From Planctomycetota bacterium (GTDB lineage Bacteria > Planctomycetota > UBA8108 > UBA1146 > JAJFFE01), in the NCBI GenBank assembly GCA_050246115.1, contig JBFWWP010000018.1, positions 1-28,807 of the forward strand: a DNA stretch of 28,807 nt. Direction: 5' to 3'. The position numbers were made by a program, and so were the translations under genes. Within the stretch, counting starts at the first letter, position 1, and each line of letters starts with the position of its first letter. This document shows positions 23,439-28,807 of this stretch, in pieces. The notes beneath the pieces were generated by a model. It was not told the DNA's origin. It did no database searches and saw nothing but the letters and a program-made list of their open reading frames with translations.

Positions 23439-25071
23439 CCTTGGCCTTGCCGGGCGTCGGGTTTGACTTGGCGGCGGGGGGCCCTTCGGGAGCCTCGGTG
23501 GCTGCGGCCACGTTGGCCACCTCGGCCTTGGTCCCGTCCTTTTCGACCAGCTTGCCGAAGAACTCCGGCATCTCGACGCCGCCGATGTCCTTCATGATCT
23601 GCATCACGGGCGGCAGCATGCCGCCGAGACTACGAACGAACCCCGCGGCGCCGCCGGCTCCATTGCCGTTCCCGCCCCCATCCCAGCATACGACCTTGTC
23701 GAACTTCACGTTCGCGATCGCCGACGCAGCGGTCTCGGCAAGCTTGTCGAGGTGCTCGAGCATCAGCATCTGGAAGGCGGGCTGGGCGCCGCCGCAGCTG
23801 TCGACGATGAGGCGCAGGCCTTCGGCCTTGGCACGAAGCTGTTCGAACTCACCGCGGGCCTGTGCCTCGAGGCTGAGGAACACCGCCTTCGCCTCCGCTT
23901 CCGCGTGGATGCGTCGTCTCTCGGCAGCGGCCTCTGCGTCGACGACGACCTTCGCCTTCTCGGCGAGGGCCTGCGCCTCGAGTAGCGCGCGCTGCTCCGC
24001 CTCGACCTTCCGAGACTCGGCCTCGGCGGCCTTGGCCTCGGCCAGGTACTGCGCCTGGCGCACGCCCGCTTCGGCCTCCCGCTTGCGAGTCTCGGAGAGC
24101 TGGTAGGCTTCCGCCTCGCGTACCCGCAGTTCGGCATTGGTCGCGGCGATCTTGGCCTTGGCTGCGTTCTCGCCCTCGACCGCCTCTGCGTCCGCCGTGG
24201 CGATCGCGATCCGCTTGGCCCGATCGGCCGCCTTGACCTCGGCCTCGGTTTGAAACTGTGCGCGCTGCTCACCGATCTGCTTGTCACGGTTGAACTCGGC
24301 GATGCTCAACGCCTGGTTCTTGAGGGCGTTGGCGGTACCCACCGCGCGCTCCTTGTTCGCCTCCGCAACCTGAATCTCCTCCTCGCGCCGAGCCTTGGCC
24401 ACCCCGATCGCGCCATGGCGACGCTGCTCGGCCACGTCGATCTCGGCCTGCTGGATCGCCTCCGAGGCGGCTTTCCTACCGATGGCCTCGATGTAGCCCG
24501 ACTCGTCCATGATGTCGGTGATGTTCACGTTGAGAAGCACTAGACCGATCTTGTTCAGCTCCGGTTCGAGGCTGCTTTGGATGCTCTGCAGGAACATGTC
24601 TCGATCGCGGTTGATGGCCTCGATGCGCATGCCGGCGATGACCTGGCGTAGCTGCCCGAAGATGATGTCGCGGGCTTGCTGACCGATCTCGGTCGTGGTC
24701 AGTCCGAGCAGACGCTCGGCCGCATTGTGCATGATCGTCTCCTGGGTCCCAATGGCGACGGTGAACACGCTGGGCACGTTGATGCGAATGTTCTCGGCGG
24801 AGAGCGCGCCCGTGAGTGGGATCTCGATCTGGAGCGGATCGAGGCTCATGAAGCTGTAGTTCTGGATGAGCGGCAGGACGAAAGTGCCGCCTCCGTGCAG
24901 ACACTTGGCGGAGCGGTCGGCACCGACCTTTCCGTACACGACGAGCACTCGGTTCGATGGACAGCGCTTGTAGCGCTTCGCCAAGAACACCAGGAAGCCG
25001 AGCGCGGTGAGCACGACCGCGACGATCAGCACCAACAACAAACTGTTCGGTTCGTCGAACCACCCCAACAT
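23434..25071 (-). CDS. Flotillin / band-7 (SPFH-domain) protein, FloT/YqiK-like
   Basis: It has an N-terminal TM helix (LLLVLIVAVVLTALGFLVFLAKRY) and an SPFH domain. It also has a very long Ala/Glu-rich coiled-coil region (EAEVKAADRAKRIAIATADAEAVEGENAAKAKIAATNAELRVREAEAYQ...) that is diagnostic of flotillins. Confidence 0.9.
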   Translation of the reverse strand: MLGWFDEPNSLLLVLIVAVVLTALGFLVFLAKRYKRCPSNRVLVVYGKVGADRSAKCLHGGGTFVLPLIQNYSFMSLDPLQIEIPLTGALSAENIRINVPSVFTVAIGTQETIMHNAAERLLGLTTTEIGQQARDIIFGQLRQVIAGMRIEAINRDRDMFLQSIQSSLEPELNKIGLVLLNVNITDIMDESGYIEAIGRKAASEAIQQAEIDVAEQRRHGAIGVAKARREEEIQVAEANKERAVGTANALKNQALSIAEFNRDKQIGEQRAQFQTEAEVKAADRAKRIAIATADAEAVEGENAAKAKIAATNAELRVREAEAYQLSETRKREAEAGVRQAQYLAEAKAAEAESRKVEAEQRALLEAQALAEKAKVVVDAEAAAERRRIHAEAEAKAVFLSLEAQARGEFEQLRAKAEGLRLIVDSCGGAQPAFQMLMLEHLDKLAETAASAIANVKFDKVVCWDGGGNGNGAGGAAGFVRSLGGMLPPVMQIMKDIGGVEMPEFFGKLVEKDGTKAEVANVAAATEAPEGPPAAKSNPTPGKAKA

Positions 25072-25213
25072 CTTAGGTCTCCGTCCTTGTGTATCCCCTC
25101 AGCGGGCTACGCGGGCAATCGCGCCGGCGCGGAGGGCACCCCCATCGTGAGTCTCGGGTCGTCGACCTCGAGGCGTTCAGCGTGTCCTCTGTGAGATGAT
25201 CCAGGCGGCCCGT

Positions 25214-25765
25214 TCAAACGGACGCGACCTCGAGCGTGTCCGGGGCGACAATGGCGATGACCTGTACCTTCGCACCGGTGTTGAGTTCGGCACCCGTGGT
25301 CACTGCTCGAGCCTCTACGGTGCGATTCTGGATCTCGACCGTCACCTTCCCCGCGCCCTGATTCTGTTGCGGGATCTTGAGATAGACCGTCGCGGTCTTG
25401 CCGACCGCATTCGCCAGGCTCACGTTCCCCCGCGCTTGCAGGCGCTGGAACGACTTCATGATGATGCCGACGACGTAGAATGCGACCAGACCGGCGCCCA
25501 AGGATCCGACGACCGTGGAGCCGGGGAACGGTCGCCAGTCGAGCGCGTTCAGCAACAAACCGCCGAGTCCGAAGAAGGTGAGGAACGCGACGATGGCCTT
25601 CAACGACAGGTAGTCGAAAAACTCGTGGCCGCCGATGCCGGCCTCATCGAGCTGGAAGTCCGCGAAACCACCGTCACCGTGATCGAAACCGAGCGACATC
25701 AGGACGATCTGCACGACCATGATGACGCCGCCCACGATCGCACAGACTTGGAAGACCGTATCCAA
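25214..25765 (-). CDS. NfeD-family membrane protein (YqiJ/YuaF-like), the flotillin operon partner
   Basis: It has two TM segments (VFQVCAIVGGVIMVVQIVLMSLG and AIVAFLTFFGLGGLLLNAL) and a C-terminal OB-fold-like region (KTATVYLKIPQQNQGAGKVTVEIQNRTVEARAVT). The start TTG at 25763-25765 is preceded by a strong SD (GAGAGGAG) at an 8-nt spacing. The N-terminal extension of the ORF track entry (GTG at 25840) has no SD. Confidence 0.7.
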   Translation of the reverse strand: MDTVFQVCAIVGGVIMVVQIVLMSLGFDHGDGGFADFQLDEAGIGGHEFFDYLSLKAIVAFLTFFGLGGLLLNALDWRPFPGSTVVGSLGAGLVAFYVVGIIMKSFQRLQARGNVSLANAVGKTATVYLKIPQQNQGAGKVTVEIQNRTVEARAVTTGAELNTGAKVQVIAIVAPDTLEVASV

Positions 25766-26165
25766 GAGCCCGACTCCTCTCGTTAGCGCTGCGCCGTCGA
25801 TCCGAGTGCCTGATTGCAGTCGCCTGGGCACACGCAGCACCCTGCAGCCACGCGACGCCGGCAGATCGTTGGCCCTCGCGGCCGCGCTGGCTCCGTGAGT
25901 GCGCTCGACCGTCGGTCAGCGGGTGTTCGTCGTGTGCCCTTCTCGCAGCAACCCGCCGACCAACCGCAATCCGCGCGGACAGAATCTGGGTAGCCAGGGC
26001 ACAAAATCGAAGACCCGCACCAGCGGACCCGCTTTGCGGCCCCTACCCGACCCCTCGCGGCTGGCGGATTGCGCCAAGTCCCCGTGAACCGGTGGCGCGG
26101 CGCACCGGCGGTCGCCTCTCGGCCTGCGGCCCCCGCGAGCGCATCGACAAGCCCGCTCCTTGGGC

Positions 26166-27206
26166 CTAGTAGCTGAGGTCGACGGTGTGGGCGGTCTCCA
26201 AGAACGCGGTCAGGAGAGCGACCGTGGCTTCCAAGTCGCGCCCGTCGATCGTCTCGACCACCGAGTGGACGTACCGCGTCGGCACCGACAACGTGATCGC
26301 TGGGACGGCGTCCCCACCGCGCTGGATGCCGGCAGCATCGGTGCCGCCCCGCGGGAGGATTTCGAGCTGGTGCGGAATCTCGTGCTTCTTCGCGAGGTCT
26401 CGAAAGTGTCGGACCAGCTTCGGGTTCGAGATGGCCGAAGAGTCGAGGATCTTGATCGCAACGCCTTGCCCGAGGGTGGAGATGTACTCTTCGGGCTTGG
26501 CCGAGGGCAGGTCGCACGCCAGGGTAACGTCAATGGCGACGCCCATGTCCGGCTGAATCCGGTGGGCGGCAGTGGTCGCACCCCGCACGCCGATCTCCTC
26601 CTGGGAGGTAGCCACGGCGTAGATCGACACTTCCCGACTCTTCACGCGCTTTAGGGTCTCGATGAGCGTGTAGATGGAAACGCGATTGTCCATGGACTTG
26701 CCCGACCAACGGTTCCCAACCTGAATACAGTCTTGATAGAGGGTCACCGGGTCGCCGATGTCGACGAGCTTCTTCACTTCCGCAGGCGGCAGTCCAATGT
26801 CGACGAACAAGTCCTTGATCTCGGGGAGCTTCTTGCGTTCGTCGTCGGTCATGATGTGAATCGGCTTCGAACCGATGACACCGATGATGTCTTGCTGCTG
26901 GGCGTTGATGACGCGCACGCGCTTGGCAATCAGCGTCTTCGGATCGAACCCCCCGAGAGGCTGCAAGCGCAGGAAACCTTTGTCGTCGATGTGCGTGACG
27001 ACGAAACCGATCTCGTCCATGTGCCCGGCGAGCATGACCTTGCGCGGGTGATCCCCGCGCCCTTCGCGAATCGCGATGACGTTGCCCAAGCCGTCGGTCT
27101 CGATGCGATCGACGTACGGTTCGATCTCGCTGCGGAAGATGGCGCGAATCCGGTCTTCGAAACCAGGAGCACCCGACGCCTCGCACAGCCGTTTGAGAAG
27201 TTCCAT
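26166..27206 (-). CDS. M42-family metallo-aminopeptidase (FrvX/CelM/glutamyl aminopeptidase-like)
   Basis: MELLKRLCEASGAPGFEDRIRAIFRSEIEPYVDRIETDGLGNVIAI, MLAGHMDEIGFVVTHIDDKGFLRLQPLGG and the downstream metal-binding regions are typical of M42. The ATG at 27204-27206 is preceded by GAGG at a 7-nt spacing. An in-frame 89-aa extension up to the ATG at 27473 is possible, but its SD spacing is poor. Confidence 0.8.
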   Translation of the reverse strand: MELLKRLCEASGAPGFEDRIRAIFRSEIEPYVDRIETDGLGNVIAIREGRGDHPRKVMLAGHMDEIGFVVTHIDDKGFLRLQPLGGFDPKTLIAKRVRVINAQQQDIIGVIGSKPIHIMTDDERKKLPEIKDLFVDIGLPPAEVKKLVDIGDPVTLYQDCIQVGNRWSGKSMDNRVSIYTLIETLKRVKSREVSIYAVATSQEEIGVRGATTAAHRIQPDMGVAIDVTLACDLPSAKPEEYISTLGQGVAIKILDSSAISNPKLVRHFRDLAKKHEIPHQLEILPRGGTDAAGIQRGGDAVPAITLSVPTRYVHSVVETIDGRDLEATVALLTAFLETAHTVDLSY

Positions 27207-27491
27207 CCGCTCGCCTCTGCTCCAAGGGCCCCGGTACACCACCACGTCACCCGGCCCGAAGGCACGGGAATCGCCGCGGCGCACGGAGTGGTTCGCTGGT
27301 TCACCGATCTCGACTCTGACAATCGCGCCATTGTGACCCGCGACGGCCTGCAGGGCAACGGCCTCTTGCCCGGGCAAAGTCAGGAACGAAGCCCCGACCT
27401 GGCTCGGTGTAGCGCAGCCTGGGCCTTCTCGGTCGAGGTCAGAACCACGGTGCTCCAGGCCCGTGATCGTCATCCTCCGGGGTTCGATCCG

Positions 27492-27851
27492 TCAAAGCCC
27501 GCCGGCCCCGGGGGGTTCGCCATCGCGGCCCTGCAGTCGGCTCAAGTTCAACGATTGCTCGTGAGTCAGGCGACCCGCGGCAACATCCAACGAGTAGAGC
27601 TGCATGACGAGGTGGTGCTGACGGGAGAACGGGTAGGGCCGCGGATGACGGAGGATCGTGAACCGAACCCGGCGGAGTTGGCCGTCGGCGACCTCGAAGT
27701 CGACGACGTCGACACGACCCCGTTGCTCGGGTCGCAGCGACGTTCCGCGCAGGCCGTCGGGGTGGTCGAACTGGGCGCGGACGAGGGCACGGGCGCGGGC
27801 CGCGACTCGGTGGCGGCGCCACCTCGCCTGACACGTCCGCCAGAGGCTCAT
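27492..27851 (-). CDS. Hypothetical 119-aa protein translationally coupled to the rhomboid gene
   Basis: Its ATG at 27849-27851 overlaps the rhomboid TGA stop (ATGA), and it fills an otherwise empty gap. The sequence VVDFEVADGQLRRVRFTILRHPRPYPFSRQHHLVMQLYSL is not recognisable. Arginine-rich content at the N-terminus lowers confidence. Confidence 0.35.
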   Translation of the reverse strand: MSLWRTCQARWRRHRVAARARALVRAQFDHPDGLRGTSLRPEQRGRVDVVDFEVADGQLRRVRFTILRHPRPYPFSRQHHLVMQLYSLDVAAGRLTHEQSLNLSRLQGRDGEPPGAGGL

Positions 27852-28774
27852 GGTCGCCGCGACTTCTTGCTCATGGTGATCAGGAACTCGCGCTCGCTGG
27901 GCGTGAGGGAGTCCAATCCGCCCTCACTGACCTTTCGCAGTAGAGCGTCGAGCCGCGCTTCTTCCTCGACGGACCGCCCTGGATCCCGCGGGCTGGGCGC
28001 AAACTCCCAGGAAGTTGGGTTGGCCGAGCGCCGACGACGGCGCCCGCTGCGGCCCGATCGTAGGCCCAACCAGCCGAGCCAGCCTCGCATCCAGGCCCCG
28101 TAGAAGAGGGCACCGAATCCGGCGCCAGCCAAGTGCGCGCCGTGCGCAACATGCATTTCTCCCGGTGGAGGAGGTTCGGCGCGCAGTAGGTCGGTGACGA
28201 GACCCACCCCGTCCATCGCCACGGAAATCGCAGCAACGAGCCAGGCGGCCAGCGGAATCACGGCGAACAGCAGGATCGTGGTGCGCGGCTCCCGAAGAAC
28301 CGAAACCAACAACACCGCTGTGACGGCGCCAGAGGCCCCGAGGAGCGAACTGTCCCACAGGACGAGTTGCAGCGCAGCCGCCACGAACGACGCGAAGGCG
28401 CCCGACACGAGGTAGAAGACCCAGAAGGCACGAGCCCCCAGCCAGTCCTCCACCCGGCGTCCGAAGAAGTGAAGCACCATCAAGTTCATGGCCACGTGGA
28501 ACAAGTCTCTGTGCGAGAACACGCTGGTCAGCAGGGTCCAAACGTACCCTTCGCTCAGCCGCGCCCAGCTGCAACCGAAGTGCACGGCGAGGAAGCGCTC
28601 CGTGTCGCCCGCGACCTGCCAGAGCAGGAACACGGCCAGATTGATCGCGATGATCAGGGTTACCGCCGACCAGTTGGCGGGATTGATCTGTCCCCCCGGA
28701 CTGGGAGACCGCATGTAGTCGCGGTTGAAGATACCCACGGCGTCGCACTCCTCGGATTCGTCTTCGTTTCGCAC
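27848..28774 (-). CDS. Rhomboid-family intramembrane serine protease
   Basis: It has six or more TM helices. The catalytic GASGAV (GxSG) motif and the His in AHGAHLAGAGFG are present. The cytoplasmic C-terminal extension is LDALLRKVSEGGLDSLTPSEREFL. The start is uncertain: GTG at 28774 or ATG at 28714. Confidence 0.8.
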   Translation of the reverse strand: MRNEDESEECDAVGIFNRDYMRSPSPGGQINPANWSAVTLIIAINLAVFLLWQVAGDTERFLAVHFGCSWARLSEGYVWTLLTSVFSHRDLFHVAMNLMVLHFFGRRVEDWLGARAFWVFYLVSGAFASFVAAALQLVLWDSSLLGASGAVTAVLLVSVLREPRTTILLFAVIPLAAWLVAAISVAMDGVGLVTDLLRAEPPPPGEMHVAHGAHLAGAGFGALFYGAWMRGWLGWLGLRSGRSGRRRRRSANPTSWEFAPSPRDPGRSVEEEARLDALLRKVSEGGLDSLTPSEREFLITMSKKSRRP

Positions 28775-28807
28775 TTCAGCCGGCGGTCACTCACACTGGC
28801 CCGCGCC

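Noticed and set aside
26166-27473. The full 435-aa ORF could be the M42 peptidase.
   Set aside because: The M42 homology begins at MELLKRL (ATG at 27206, with a well-spaced SD). The upstream 89 aa have no family resemblance and poor SD spacing. The extension is kept as an alternative only.
27400-27495. A tRNA-like T-loop motif GGGGTTCGATCC (27478-27490) and a D-arm-like GTGTAGCGCAGCCTGG (27408-27423) were noticed.
   Set aside because: No cloverleaf can be built: the T-stem flanks CGGGG/CGTCA do not pair and there is no acceptor-stem complement. The region lies inside the coupled small ORF and the possible M42 extension.

Overview
This is a high-GC bacterial chromosomal segment (roughly two-thirds G+C by eye) of Gram-negative type, judged from lipoprotein lipoboxes and MacB/Lol-type FtsX permeases. 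The phylum cannot be assigned from sequence alone. I call about 27 protein-coding genes and no rRNA, tRNA or CRISPR. The provided ORF track uses GTG/TTG as well as ATG starts, and many long arginine-rich ORFs opposite real genes are high-GC artefacts.

Layout, 5'->3' on the + strand:
- Minus strand, 64-6163: a GT2 glycosyltransferase, then a five-gene tightly coupled cluster (YedE/YeeE-like membrane protein, MacB/LolD-type ABC ATPase, FbpA/ThiB-type lipoprotein binding protein, two-domain ABC permease, short ABC ATPase).
- About 1 kb with no convincing gene (6164-7164).
- Minus strand, 7165-11177: two adjacent secreted proteins, an FG-GAP beta-propeller and a parallel beta-helix protein, which share an unusual C-terminal module (dockerin, proline run, Cys-rich tail).
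- Plus strand: a POT-family peptide transporter.
- Minus strand: two tandem FtsX-type ABC permeases with no ATPase nearby.
- Plus-strand block: a lipoprotein, a proline-tailed membrane protein, RluD, a tiny CxxC...CxxC protein, a BNR+TPR secreted protein, a lipoprotein and RsmD.
- Minus-strand block: flotillin, NfeD, an M42 peptidase, a small coupled ORF and a rhomboid protease.

Most interesting:
1. A (CCTT)5 tetranucleotide tract lies in the 5' end of the beta-helix protein gene. It puts two upstream ATG codons out of frame with an otherwise perfect signal peptide. Four or six units would switch the gene ON, so this is a candidate phase-variation locus.
2. A roughly 190-bp miniature inverted-repeat element with 26-bp terminal inverted repeats sits at 23249-23438. 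A partial second copy sits at 1-68. In both copies the TAA stop of the flanking gene falls at the element junction.
3. The two adjacent surface proteins share a C-terminal module that I do not recognise as a named sorting signal.
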